DNA from: a virus
Lineage: Duplodnaviria > Caudoviricetes
IMG/VR virus record: IMGVR_UViG_3300002182_000344
Coordinates: 1 to 28,298 of that record
Length of the DNA: 28,298 nucleotides
Direction: 5' to 3' (one strand)
Shown one piece after another: positions 1-8,985 of the stretch. The notes under the pieces are model-generated. The model saw only the letters and a list, made by a program, of their open reading frames with translations. It did no database searches and had not been told where the DNA came from. How positions within the stretch are numbered: the stretch's first letter is position 1; each line of letters starts with the position of its first letter. The position numbers were made by a program, and so were the translations under genes.

Positions 1-402
1 AGAATACACAGCAGATTAGGCTTTGATGAACCCCAGCAATACAGACGATTTTATTTTGATGAAAAAACCAAAGAGTGGTGGCTGATAATAGGATGCCCTG
101 ACAAAGTAGACCAGAAGAATGGCAAGGTTTTAGAACTAAAAACCTTCCAAGTAGCAAAAATGCCAGACAAGATTAAAATTGTCGGCATAGTGCAAGTTAA
201 TATTTATTGTTGGCTTACAGGGCTTCCTAATTGGGAACTCTGGGGTTATTCAAGCTATTCTAACAAACTTTTCAAAGTAGAGGAAGGAAGTTTTTCAGTT
301 GATTTAGCTTTACAAAGTATAGAAAAAGCAATCCAGTTAAAGCTCGCACTAATTGAATTTCATAAGACTTACAAAGAAATAGCAGAAAGTTCCAAAAAGT
401 AG
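1..402 (+). CDS. PD-(D/E)XK nuclease, RecB/Cas4-like (5'-truncated by the window edge)
   Basis: Frame 1 is open from base 1 into the 160..402 ORF: ...WLIIGCPDKVDQKNGKVLELKTF...QVNIYCWL, giving GxPD, ExK and QxxxY motifs. Confidence 0.7.
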   Translation, partial: RIHSRLGFDEPQQYRRFYFDEKTKEWWLIIGCPDKVDQKNGKVLELKTFQVAKMPDKIKIVGIVQVNIYCWLTGLPNWELWGYSSYSNKLFKVEEGSFSVDLALQSIEKAIQLKLALIEFHKTYKEIAESSKK

Positions 403-410
403 TTTCAAAA

Positions 411-444
411 GGAGGGAAGGGGCTCGCTTCTTCCCTCCAATTTT
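411..444 (+). terminator. Putative intrinsic terminator hairpin
   Basis: GGAGGGAAG(411-419) pairs with CTTCCCTCC(430-438), extended by G-U pairs, followed by AATTTT. The U-tract is short. Confidence 0.55.
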
Positions 445-463
445 AAAACAATTTAATAAAGAG

Positions 464-832
464 GTGAATAAAATGGAAGAGATGGTTTTTTTGATAATAG
501 AGAAGTGGAAGTATCTTCTCAATTTGCAAGACTGGAGAATTGAAGTCCAGTTTAGAAAAAGAGGACAAAAAGGAGCTCAAATTTATCCTGATTACAGATA
601 TAGAGAGGCTATTATAGTTATTTGCGGTAAAGATATTCCTTTAGAAGAATACATTTTGCACGAATTGCTTCATTTAGTTGTCGGAGAAATGACTGAGTTA
701 ATTTTTGAATTTTTAAAAGAAAGAATAACATTCCAAGAAGAAAACTTAATTCTTTTTGAAGAAGATAGATTAGTAGAAAAACTGACAAGATTGTTTCTCA
801 AGAAATATGCCATTAAAAGGCAAAATAAATAG
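464..832 (+). CDS. Small zincin-like metallopeptidase (HExxH)
   Basis: YILHELLHL motif. True start may be ATG 473, which follows an SD-like GAGGTG. Confidence 0.6.
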   Translation: MNKMEEMVFLIIEKWKYLLNLQDWRIEVQFRKRGQKGAQIYPDYRYREAIIVICGKDIPLEEYILHELLHLVVGEMTELIFEFLKERITFQEENLILFEEDRLVEKLTRLFLKKYAIKRQNK

Positions 833-846
833 CTCTTTTGTTTGAC

Positions 847-884
847 GGGGGACGAGAAATTCTCTGTCCCCCTTCCCCTTTTTT
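847..884 (+). terminator. Putative intrinsic terminator hairpin
   Basis: GGGGGAC-GAGA / TCTC-T-GTCCCCC stem (847-872) followed by TTCCCCTTTTTT. Confidence 0.5.
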
Positions 885-958
885 AAAAAATACAAATAAA
901 AAAAATAAAAAGGTCGGTAAAAATAATTAAAAAGGTCAATAAAGTTAAATTAAAAAAT

Positions 959-1507
959 ATGTCAGAAATTATTTCAAAAGAGAAAAAAGTTAAAAAAGTT
1001 TTTGAATTAGTTGAAGAAATTCAAAAAGCAAAAGAAGAAACAGTAAAAGGTTTTTTAATTATTGGTAAGAATTTAGATATTATACAAAGAGAAAGATTGT
1101 ATATTTACTACGGAGAACATATTCAGAATTTTGAAATGTTTTTAAAAGAAATTGGAATAAAACATGGAACTGCTTTTAATTTAATAAGAATTTGGAGGAC
1201 ATTTGGAGAAATTATAACATATAAGAACTTATATGTTGACTACTTTAGGTTAGTAAAATTATTACCAGTGGCAAAAGATTTAAGCGATGAAGAAAAAGAA
1301 GAATGGTTGGATAAAGCAAATAGTTTAACTTTTTCTGATTTTGAAGATGAAATTGGAAAAGCAAAAGGCAAAATATCAGAGCTTGAATGTCAGCATCCAG
1401 ATGAAGAACAAGAACTTTATACTCGCTGTAAAATTTGTGGCAAATGGATAAAAAGAGATATTAACTATTTTAAAAATTACATTCAAAAATATGAAAATAA
1501 GTCCTAA
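959..1507 (+). CDS. Phage hypothetical protein, probably DNA-binding (helical domain plus C-terminal CxH..CxxC)
   Basis: 182 aa ORF with an IGKNL...FEMFL...TAFNLIRIW pattern reminiscent of DUF3102-like proteins, and CQH...CKIC. Confidence 0.4.
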   Translation: MSEIISKEKKVKKVFELVEEIQKAKEETVKGFLIIGKNLDIIQRERLYIYYGEHIQNFEMFLKEIGIKHGTAFNLIRIWRTFGEIITYKNLYVDYFRLVKLLPVAKDLSDEEKEEWLDKANSLTFSDFEDEIGKAKGKISELECQHPDEEQELYTRCKICGKWIKRDINYFKNYIQKYENKS

Positions 1508-1871
1508 AAGAAAAGGAAATATTTATGAAAGGTCTTCAGCCAAATTTTGGTCTGAAAAATTAAAGGTCGTAGTTAAAAGAACTCCAATGAGTGGAGCATT
1601 TTTTAATATGCCAGCAGATTTATTAGTTTTTGGTGATTCAGTATTAAATGAATTTGTTATTGATGTTAAATCAGAACAGAATTTATTAACTAAAAAAGTG
1701 CTTCAGTATTTTCAAAAAAATAAAGAAGACGCTCAAGGAAAAAAAGCATTTCTTGAAATTTATGTTAACTATGATAAAAACTCTCCTTATGTTTTGATTT
1801 CAAGAGAAGATTTTGCTAAAATTTTAATAGAACTTGATGGATACAGAAAAGAAAGTCAAGACAACTCTTGA
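1491..1871 (+). CDS. Holliday junction resolvase, Hjc-like PD-(D/E)XK
   Basis: KRKGNIYER...RTPMSGA...ADL...IDVKS. Confidence 0.7.
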   Translation: MKISPKRKGNIYERSSAKFWSEKLKVVVKRTPMSGAFFNMPADLLVFGDSVLNEFVIDVKSEQNLLTKKVLQYFQKNKEDAQGKKAFLEIYVNYDKNSPYVLISREDFAKILIELDGYRKESQDNS

Positions 1872-1895
1872 TTTTTTAAGAAAGACTTTTATAAT
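1868..1895 (+). promoter_or_regulatory. Putative sigma70-type promoter for the que cluster
   Basis: TTGATT-N16-TATAAT ending 12 nt before the queD ATG. AT-rich context lowers specificity. Confidence 0.4.
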
Positions 1896-1907
1896 TTTAT
1901 AAAAGAT

Positions 1908-2273
1908 ATGTGGAAACTAAAATATAAAACAGATTTTTCTGCAGCTCATAGTTTAAAAGAAACTAGTTCTTTAAAAACTTCTAAATGTAAAAATCTACAC
2001 GGACACAATTATTTTGTAGAGATTACAATTAAAACAAGTGAACTAGTTGATGGTATGGTTATTGATTTTAAAGAATTAAAAGAAATTATTGATGAATTGG
2101 ATCATAAATTTTTAAATGAATTTATTGAAAACCCGACTGTTGAAAATATCAGCAAATATATTTATGACAAAGTTTACGAAAAAATGAAAAAAAGAACTTT
2201 GTTTTTTAATTTAGAAGTAGAAATTAAAGAAACAGAAAATGGTTCCGTAATTTATAGTGAAGATAATTTATGA
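1908..2273 (+). CDS. queD: 6-carboxy-5,6,7,8-tetrahydropterin synthase
   Basis: FSAAH, CKNLHGHNY, GMVIDF, LDHKFLN, NPTVEN and ET motifs. Confidence 0.93.
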   Translation: MWKLKYKTDFSAAHSLKETSSLKTSKCKNLHGHNYFVEITIKTSELVDGMVIDFKELKEIIDELDHKFLNEFIENPTVENISKYIYDKVYEKMKKRTLFFNLEVEIKETENGSVIYSEDNL

Positions 2274-2890
2274 AAATAAAAGTATCTGAAATTTTTCAAT
2301 CAATTCAAGGAGAAGGTAAATTTTCTGGTTATCCGATGTTATTTATTCGCACTTATGGATGCACAAGAAAATGTTGGTTTTGTGATACTCTTTATAGTGT
2401 AGTAGGAGATAAATATCAAGAAGTTTCTGTAGATAAAATTGTTAAAATAATTAAAAAATCAAAGTTCAATTGTGTTGTTTGGACTGGAGGTGAGCCTTTA
2501 TTACAAAGAAAAGCAATTGAAAAAGTTATAAGTAAGACAAGAGATTACTATCATTATTTAGAAACAAATGGCGATTTATTAGAAGAAATAGATTTTTATT
2601 TATTTCATTATTTAGCAATCAGTCCAAAAGAAAAGAAAGTAGCAGAAAAAGTTAGAAATTTATCTTTGGAGTTTAACCCTGAAAGATGGGATATTAAAGT
2701 AGTGAGTGATTTAGAAAAAATAGGACTTGATATGATACCTTATGCAACAATGTTAATGCCTTTAACTACTTTTAAAAAGAAAAAAGATATTGAAATTTGT
2801 AAAAAGGTCTGGAATTATTGTGTAAAGAATAATATTAAGTTTAGCTCAAGATTACAGACTTTTATTTTCGGCAAGAAAAAAGGCATTTAA
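2270..2890 (+). CDS. queE: 7-carboxy-7-deazaguanine synthase (radical SAM)
   Basis: EIFQSIQGEG...FIRTYGCTRKCWFCDT, TGGEP, LETNG, ISPK. Confidence 0.93.
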   Translation: MKIKVSEIFQSIQGEGKFSGYPMLFIRTYGCTRKCWFCDTLYSVVGDKYQEVSVDKIVKIIKKSKFNCVVWTGGEPLLQRKAIEKVISKTRDYYHYLETNGDLLEEIDFYLFHYLAISPKEKKVAEKVRNLSLEFNPERWDIKVVSDLEKIGLDMIPYATMLMPLTTFKKKKDIEICKKVWNYCVKNNIKFSSRLQTFIFGKKKGI

Positions 2891-2897
2891 AAAAAAT

Positions 2898-3428
2898 ATG
2901 GATAAAATAGAAAAAGCAGTTTATACCATTTTAAAAGAAATTGGCGAAGATGTTAATAGAGAAGGATTAATAGAAACGCCAAAAAGAGTAGCCAGAATGT
3001 ATAGAGAAGTATTTTACGGATTAAAAGAAAAGCCGCCAGAGTTTAAAATTTTTAAAAGCGATAATGACCAAATGATTGTTAAGACATTTAAATGTTTTAG
3101 TTGGTGTGAACATCATTTAGTCCCCATAGAAATGAAAATTGCTTTTGCTTATATTCCAAATGGTAAGGTAACAGGAATATCAAAAATCATCAGAAGGATA
3201 AAATGGTGGTGTGCGAGACCAGTAATTCAAGAAAATTTAACAGATAATATAATTAAAGATTTTGTAAAAGAATTGGACCCGAAAGGGGCAATGTTAATTA
3301 TTAAAGGTCGGCATTTTTGTGAATTGATAAGAGGAGTAAAAACTGAGAGTTGGACAACAACTTCGGCAGTTTATGGAATATTTGAAAATTCAGTAGTAAA
3401 ACAAGAATTTTTATCTTTAATAAAATGA
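2898..3428 (+). CDS. folE: GTP cyclohydrolase I
   Basis: REGLIETPKRVA, SWCEHHLVP, GISK, QENLT, HFCELIRGV, TTTS. Confidence 0.95.
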   Translation: MDKIEKAVYTILKEIGEDVNREGLIETPKRVARMYREVFYGLKEKPPEFKIFKSDNDQMIVKTFKCFSWCEHHLVPIEMKIAFAYIPNGKVTGISKIIRRIKWWCARPVIQENLTDNIIKDFVKELDPKGAMLIIKGRHFCELIRGVKTESWTTTSAVYGIFENSVVKQEFLSLIK

Positions 3429-4435
3429 AACCTTTTTGCATTACGATAATACCTACAAGGAAATGTAATTTACGATGTGAATATTGTTCCATTAGAAATG
3501 ATAATTTTCCGAATGAATTGAATTGGAAAGAATGGGCTCGCTATATCAAAGAATTAGTGAAAAAAAATCCAAGTATTCAGTTTGTGTGTTTATTAGGAGG
3601 TGATATTTCAGTATGGGGAGAAAAACTGGTGAGTTTTTCTAAAAGAATGAAAGAAATTTTTTGGAATTTTACTACAAATGGAGTATTACTCAATGATGAA
3701 AAAAAGTTAAAAAAGTTAAGAAAAGAAATGGATAGTATTTCTTTAAGTTTGGATTCTTTGAAACCTAAAGAAGATGTATGGGAAAGACTAAAAAGTCAAA
3801 CAACTATTAAATTATTGCCTTTATTAAATAAATTAGGTTTTAGAGATTTGCATTGCACTATTACAATTGATAAAACTAATTTAGAAGAATTACCAGATTT
3901 AGTAAAGTTTCTTACCAAGAATAAAACTTGGGCAGAAATAACTCCTGTAATTTTTGGTAAGAATAAAAATTATGACTATGCTGCTTCTTTTGATGTTTTG
4001 AAAAAGAGATTATTTACAAAAAAAGATATACCAAAGATTAAAAAGATAATGTTAAAAATGGTTGAGATGAAAAAAGAAGGATATCTGATACATAATACAG
4101 ATAATTATCTTTTGAATTGGTCTAAATATGTAGTAAAGCAACAATGGAAATGTGGATATCCAATAAATCTTGTTTTTGATGCTGACGGGTCAGCAAGATT
4201 ATGTCTTCACGTCAAAGGAAAAAGAGTAGTTAAGCATAATATTAAAGATTTTAATTTTGATGATTTTTTAAAGGATTGGTATAAAGATTTTAAAGAACTT
4301 TGCAAAGGTTGTTATTGGAATTGTCAATATGAGCCAAAATATATTTATGAAAAGACAAAAGATTTAAAAGATATTAAAGATTATTTTAATCATAAAGTAA
4401 AATATGCAGAAAAGCATATCAAAGAAATTAAATAA
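3425..4435 (+). CDS. Radical SAM enzyme with C-terminal auxiliary Cys (SPASM/twitch-like), function unknown
   Basis: CNLRCEYC, GGD, TTNG, SLD, and distal C..C..CKGCYWNC. Confidence 0.8.
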   Translation: MKPFCITIIPTRKCNLRCEYCSIRNDNFPNELNWKEWARYIKELVKKNPSIQFVCLLGGDISVWGEKLVSFSKRMKEIFWNFTTNGVLLNDEKKLKKLRKEMDSISLSLDSLKPKEDVWERLKSQTTIKLLPLLNKLGFRDLHCTITIDKTNLEELPDLVKFLTKNKTWAEITPVIFGKNKNYDYAASFDVLKKRLFTKKDIPKIKKIMLKMVEMKKEGYLIHNTDNYLLNWSKYVVKQQWKCGYPINLVFDADGSARLCLHVKGKRVVKHNIKDFNFDDFLKDWYKDFKELCKGCYWNCQYEPKYIYEKTKDLKDIKDYFNHKVKYAEKHIKEIK

Positions 4436-5021
4436 ATGTTTAGTTTTATTTAGTGGAGGGATGGATAGCACGACTTTGCTTTATTGGGCTTTAAAAAAAT
4501 ACAATAAAGTTTATGCTATAGGTTTTGATTATAGACAAAGACATAAGATAGAATTGAAATATGCAAAAAAAATAGCAAAATTGAATAATGTTTCTTTTAA
4601 AATTTTAAAGGTCGATTTAAAGCAAATTGGAGGTTCTCTTTTAACAGGAAAATCTGGTTCAGTTGTGGTTCCGGGTAGAAATATGATATTTTTGTCTTTA
4701 GCTGTAGGTTATGCTATGACAAAAGATATTAAAGAAGTTTTCTTTTGTCCTACTCGGGATGATTATAAATTGTTTAGAGATTGTAGACCAGATTTTGTTG
4801 AAAAAATAAGTTTAGCGTCATTTACAGGATATGGAGTAAAGATTAAAGCTCCTTTTGTTAATCTTAATAAAAAAGAAATAGTTAAAATAGGTAAAAAATT
4901 AAATGTTCCTTATGAAATGACTTGGAGTTGTTATTTTCCTGTTAAAGGCAAGCCTTGTAATAAATGTTTAGCGTGTAAAAAAAGATATGAAGCCCTTACC
5001 TTTTACCAGATTATCAAATAA
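4404..5021 (+). CDS. queC: 7-cyano-7-deazaguanine (preQ0) synthase
   Basis: LFSGGMDSTT PP-loop, VPGRNMIF, DCRPDF, TWSCY...PCNKCLAC. Confidence 0.93.
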   Translation: MQKSISKKLNKCLVLFSGGMDSTTLLYWALKKYNKVYAIGFDYRQRHKIELKYAKKIAKLNNVSFKILKVDLKQIGGSLLTGKSGSVVVPGRNMIFLSLAVGYAMTKDIKEVFFCPTRDDYKLFRDCRPDFVEKISLASFTGYGVKIKAPFVNLNKKEIVKIGKKLNVPYEMTWSCYFPVKGKPCNKCLACKKRYEALTFYQIIK

Positions 5022-5349
5022 AGAGTTTTCGCCATTAATTGTAAGAAGATATAGTGAACCTTTTTTATTTTTTATTGTTTTGATTACTGATGATAATTTA
5101 GATAATTTAGATGATTTGGTAATAAAATTTATTAAGAAAAAAGATTTGCCTGAAACTATACAAGAATTTAGAAATTTTGCAGGAGAATTAAATAAATTTT
5201 TATTATCATCTTATCCGAAAACTGAAGGAATAGCAATTGTTATTTATGCAGATAAAATGACTGTCAGTAGTCTTTCAGGAGATTTTATGAATCACGAACA
5301 ATGTAGATTAGAGTTGTTTGGTTTGTTAAATTTTATGACAAAGGTATGA
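4987..5349 (+). CDS. Hypothetical protein within the modification operon
   Basis: 120 aa ORF overlapping both neighbours; no motif recognised. Confidence 0.5.
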   Translation: MKPLPFTRLSNKEFSPLIVRRYSEPFLFFIVLITDDNLDNLDDLVIKFIKKKDLPETIQEFRNFAGELNKFLLSSYPKTEGIAIVIYADKMTVSSLSGDFMNHEQCRLELFGLLNFMTKV

Positions 5350-5852
5350 AGTTTGTTATTATTGCTCCCCATCCAGATGATGAGTTGATTGGGTGTTTTA
5401 CATTGTTTCAAAAAAGACTTGTTAAAAAAGTATATTATATTCTTTCTGACTTAAAACGTCGTGTAAATGCTGAAATTCTAGGTAAAGAATGGGGATTTTC
5501 GACAGAATTTCTTACTTTTGATGAGTTTTTTAAAAAAAAATTAGTTTTTCAATTTGATGAAATTTGTTTAGTTCCGGATATTTTAGACAGACATCCTTTG
5601 CATAAAGCTGTTAGTGTTATTTCTAAAGCAAAGAATTACCCTCTTGGTTATTATACAACTGAAATGAATACAGGATATGTGAGAGAGTTAACAAAAAAAG
5701 ATCAGAAACTAAAAAAGAAAATGTTAGATAAATACTATCCCACAGAAAAATCTCTTTGGCAGTATGATTGGAAGTATTTTCTTTTTGAAGGTATAACGTT
5801 AGATTTATTGTCATATGATTTACATTTTGCCCCCACTTCCTGTAAAAAATAG
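5346..5852 (+). CDS. PIG-L/LmbE-family de-N-acetylase/amidase
   Basis: IIAPHPDDELIGC and HPLH (HxDH-like) metal-binding motifs. Confidence 0.8.
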   Translation: MKFVIIAPHPDDELIGCFTLFQKRLVKKVYYILSDLKRRVNAEILGKEWGFSTEFLTFDEFFKKKLVFQFDEICLVPDILDRHPLHKAVSVISKAKNYPLGYYTTEMNTGYVRELTKKDQKLKKKMLDKYYPTEKSLWQYDWKYFLFEGITLDLLSYDLHFAPTSCKK

Positions 5853-6774
5853 ATATAGTCAAGATTGGATTGATGTTTGGAAAAGAGAATTAAATAAATT
5901 GAAAGTAAATTATAAAATTATCGGGGAAGAGAAAGCTGTTGATTTGACATATTATTTTACTAATCCTATTGAAGCATTAAAATATGAATCAAAACAGATA
6001 TTAGAGTTAGTTAAGGTTTTAAAGAAAAAAGATAAGATTTTAGTTTTAGATACAGATTTCCCTGGTTTAATGGTTCCTGTTATACATTTACTGAAAAAGA
6101 TTTATAAGATAAAAGTTTACGGATATCTTCATGCTGGTAGTTGGTGCGAAAAAGATATTTACGAAAATATAAAAGGTAAAAAAGAATTGGAAGAATCAAT
6201 GTTTAAGACTTATGATAAGATTTTTGTTGCTACTAATTACCATAAAAGAAAAATTGAGAGTTATTTTCGTAAGAAATTTAAAAATATAAAAGTAGTGGGA
6301 TTTCCTTTTTATGAAGAAGATGTTTATAGGTATGTAAAGCCAATGCCATTTTCTAAAAAAACAAGGATAGTAATTGTAGGGAGACCAGAACAGAGTTATC
6401 AGAATATGTTAAAGAAACTTGTAAATCATAAAATGGCCCTTTTTGATAATAAAAGAATAGTTTTTTTGAAAGCAAATAATCGTAAAGAATATTTTAAAAA
6501 ATTAAATGAAGCAAAATTGGTTATTTCAGTTAAAAAAGAAGAAACTTTTGGACTTTCAATATTAGAAGCATATGTTTTAGGTTCTATTGTTTTATGTCCT
6601 AATAATTTTTCTTATCGAGAAGTAGTAAAAGACAAAAGATTATTGTATAATAGTTTAAAAGATTTAAAAGAAAAGATTAAAAAATACATAGTTTTAGATA
6701 AAAATGATTTTAAGATAAATATAAAGTCGTATAGAAAAACAATTTATAGGATTATTTATGATTTACGCCATTAG
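5815..6774 (+). CDS. GT-B fold (GT4-like) glycosyltransferase
   Basis: EETFGLSILEA (ExFG..E) motif, VGR, PNNFSYREVV, N-terminal HAGSW. Confidence 0.8.
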   Translation: MIYILPPLPVKNRYSQDWIDVWKRELNKLKVNYKIIGEEKAVDLTYYFTNPIEALKYESKQILELVKVLKKKDKILVLDTDFPGLMVPVIHLLKKIYKIKVYGYLHAGSWCEKDIYENIKGKKELEESMFKTYDKIFVATNYHKRKIESYFRKKFKNIKVVGFPFYEEDVYRYVKPMPFSKKTRIVIVGRPEQSYQNMLKKLVNHKMALFDNKRIVFLKANNRKEYFKKLNEAKLVISVKKEETFGLSILEAYVLGSIVLCPNNFSYREVVKDKRLLYNSLKDLKEKIKKYIVLDKNDFKINIKSYRKTIYRIIYDLRH

Positions 6775-7477
6775 AACAATAGGAAGAGAACAGCTTACGT
6801 CTTTACTTTCCTCAATCTTTTTTGTGGGAGTTAAAGGAAAGATTATTTTAGTCAATGATAGAGAAAGACTTAGCAATACTCAGTATTATCTTTTAGAGAT
6901 TTTAAAAAGAAATGGTTATCAGATAGAAATTGTAGAATTGAATAGTCATAATCCTGGTAAAGCTCTTTTTGAGATAGTAAAAAGACTTTATAATGAAAAA
7001 GGGTATGCTTTGATATTGGATGATGATGTCTTTTTTACAAAAAAACATTTAAAAGACATTTTAAAATATAAAGGTAAATACGATGTAGTTTGTTATTTAC
7101 AAAGATTTTTAAAAGAAGACGAGAATAAAGAATTATTGGAGCATAGCAAAAAAATTCCCGTAATAGACCCTTATTTTACATTGATTAATTTGGATAAACT
7201 AAAAAAAGTAGATTTTGAAAAATTTCAATTGTTAAATTTTATGTTTGGAATATCAGAATGGTTGTATTTTGGAAAATTGTTATTATTAGAAAGGCTGTCT
7301 TTTTTTCTTCTTAGAAAAGAAGATAGACCTTATCATATATATTTTTTTGAAGAGAAACCTTGGAAAATTTCATTTTTAGAGTGGAAAAAAGTAGTAGAAA
7401 AGATTTATAAAAGCAAAGATTTTTATGAATTGGCGATTAATTCATTAGAAGAAACAATGAAAGAAAAAATAATATGA
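6758..7477 (+). CDS. Divergent GT-A fold (GT2-like) glycosyltransferase
   Basis: IRTIGR, IILVND, and ALILDDDVFF (DxD). Confidence 0.6.
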   Translation: MIYAIRTIGREQLTSLLSSIFFVGVKGKIILVNDRERLSNTQYYLLEILKRNGYQIEIVELNSHNPGKALFEIVKRLYNEKGYALILDDDVFFTKKHLKDILKYKGKYDVVCYLQRFLKEDENKELLEHSKKIPVIDPYFTLINLDKLKKVDFEKFQLLNFMFGISEWLYFGKLLLLERLSFFLLRKEDRPYHIYFFEEKPWKISFLEWKKVVEKIYKSKDFYELAINSLEETMKEKII

Positions 7478-8985
7478 AAATATATTTTTCGGGAATGGAA
7501 GCCACTTCAGAAAATATTTTGAAAGATATTTATATTCCTTATGGAATGGTTTCTTATTATTTCTTAAGAGATAGAGATGAAACTAGCATTCTTGAAAAAC
7601 TGGTTAATTTTTATGGTATGGAGTTAGTTTGTGATTCTGGAACTGCTACTTTTTTAGGAATGGCTAACAAAAGTGAGGCTATACATAGAGAAAAAAAAGT
7701 TTTAATTAAAGAAGATTTAGATAAATATGTTTCTGAGTATGTAAATTGGCTTAAGAAATACAAAGATTATTTTCATTTTTATGTTGAATTAGACGTTGAT
7801 AAGCTTGTAGGTTATGAAAAAGTATTAGAATACAGAGAATTGTTTAAAAAAAATGGATTAAAAGATAAATTATTGGTTGTTTGGCATAGTACCATTTCAA
7901 TGGAAGAATACGAAAAAATGTGTCAAGAGTATAATTTTATTGGTATTGCCGATGAACCAGAATTGCCACGAATTAATGAATTATTTGAAATTGCTAAAAG
8001 ATACAAAAGGAAAATTCACGGTTTTGCTTTAACGCAGCCGAAGTATATTGAAAGATTCCCTTTTTATTCAGTAGATAGTACTTCTTGGAAAGCAGGGAGT
8101 AGATATGGAACTACTTATTACTTAAGGGGTAATCGCTTAGAAATGGTAGGTAATGATAATAAACTTTTTAGACAAAAACTTCAGAATTTTTCTTATTTCA
8201 GTTCATATAAAATTGATTGGGATAAAGTAATGGCTGATGATATTTACGAAGTTGATAAAGTAAATGCTATTACTTGGATAGAATATGGCAAGATATTAGA
8301 TAAAATGCAAGAAGAAAATCATTTGAAATATTGGGAAAGAACCGAAGAATCAAAGACCGAAGAAAGCATAGGTAGCACTCAAGGAACGACAGAGAAAAAA
8401 GGAAGGTTAGGCGACATTCAAGAGAAACTAAAAGACCCAGCAATAAGACAAAAATGGTTAGAGACAATGAAAGGAAATCTATTTCATTTAAAAACAGGGA
8501 AATATCTTAAAAGTCCTTTGCCTTTGTATTGTAATAATTGTTATGCTAAAGGAAAATGTCCTTTTTATCAAGAGCCAAAAGAAATAGGAGATAAAGTATT
8601 ATGTGCTCTTAGAGAAGATGTTTTTACCGATTGGTTTGGAGCAGATAATTTTGATTATAGGGAAGAAAGTACAGTCTTAGAAGCAAAGAATAAAATAGTT
8701 AAATATATGTTGCAAAGGTTAGGATTGCAGATGTGGTTTGAAGCCTTAGATGGAGGAATCCAAGATAAAGCTGCAACTTCATTAGCTACCGCAGTATATA
8801 ATATGTTAAAAGAAACTCCTACTATAAAGGTCGGAGGAACAGAAATTAACATAAATAAACAGATAGCGGTAGAAATAAATAAATTAGACGATGAAACAAG
8901 ACGAAAAATTATTCAATCTCTTGAACAACTTGAAACCAGCGGACAAGAAGGAGGTTCTCTTCCTTCTGAAGAATCCGCAGTTTGA
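7474..8985 (+). CDS. TGT/DpdA-like base-exchange transglycosylase fused to a putative terminase small subunit
   Basis: N-terminal ~280 aa carry DSG, ELD, VWH, IHGF and SVDSTSW. A polar linker follows, then KGNLFHLKTGKY, CNNC..C..C and a TerS-like tail (ININKQIAVEINKLDDETRRKII). The ORF overlaps the terL start. Confidence 0.7.
   Translation: MKIYFSGMEATSENILKDIYIPYGMVSYYFLRDRDETSILEKLVNFYGMELVCDSGTATFLGMANKSEAIHREKKVLIKEDLDKYVSEYVNWLKKYKDYFHFYVELDVDKLVGYEKVLEYRELFKKNGLKDKLLVVWHSTISMEEYEKMCQEYNFIGIADEPELPRINELFEIAKRYKRKIHGFALTQPKYIERFPFYSVDSTSWKAGSRYGTTYYLRGNRLEMVGNDNKLFRQKLQNFSYFSSYKIDWDKVMADDIYEVDKVNAITWIEYGKILDKMQEENHLKYWERTEESKTEESIGSTQGTTEKKGRLGDIQEKLKDPAIRQKWLETMKGNLFHLKTGKYLKSPLPLYCNNCYAKGKCPFYQEPKEIGDKVLCALREDVFTDWFGADNFDYREESTVLEAKNKIVKYMLQRLGLQMWFEALDGGIQDKAATSLATAVYNMLKETPTIKVGGTEININKQIAVEINKLDDETRRKIIQSLEQLETSGQEGGSLPSEESAV

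Noticed and set aside
1-402. CRISPR-Cas locus suggested by the Cas4-like nuclease
   Set aside because: No repeat-spacer array or other cas genes seen; stand-alone PD-(D/E)XK nucleases are common in phages.
1908-5021. Host-type tRNA queuosine auxiliary pathway
   Set aside because: No queF, queA or queG/H, and the transglycosylase is divergent and tied to terminase, favouring DNA as target. Not formally excluded.
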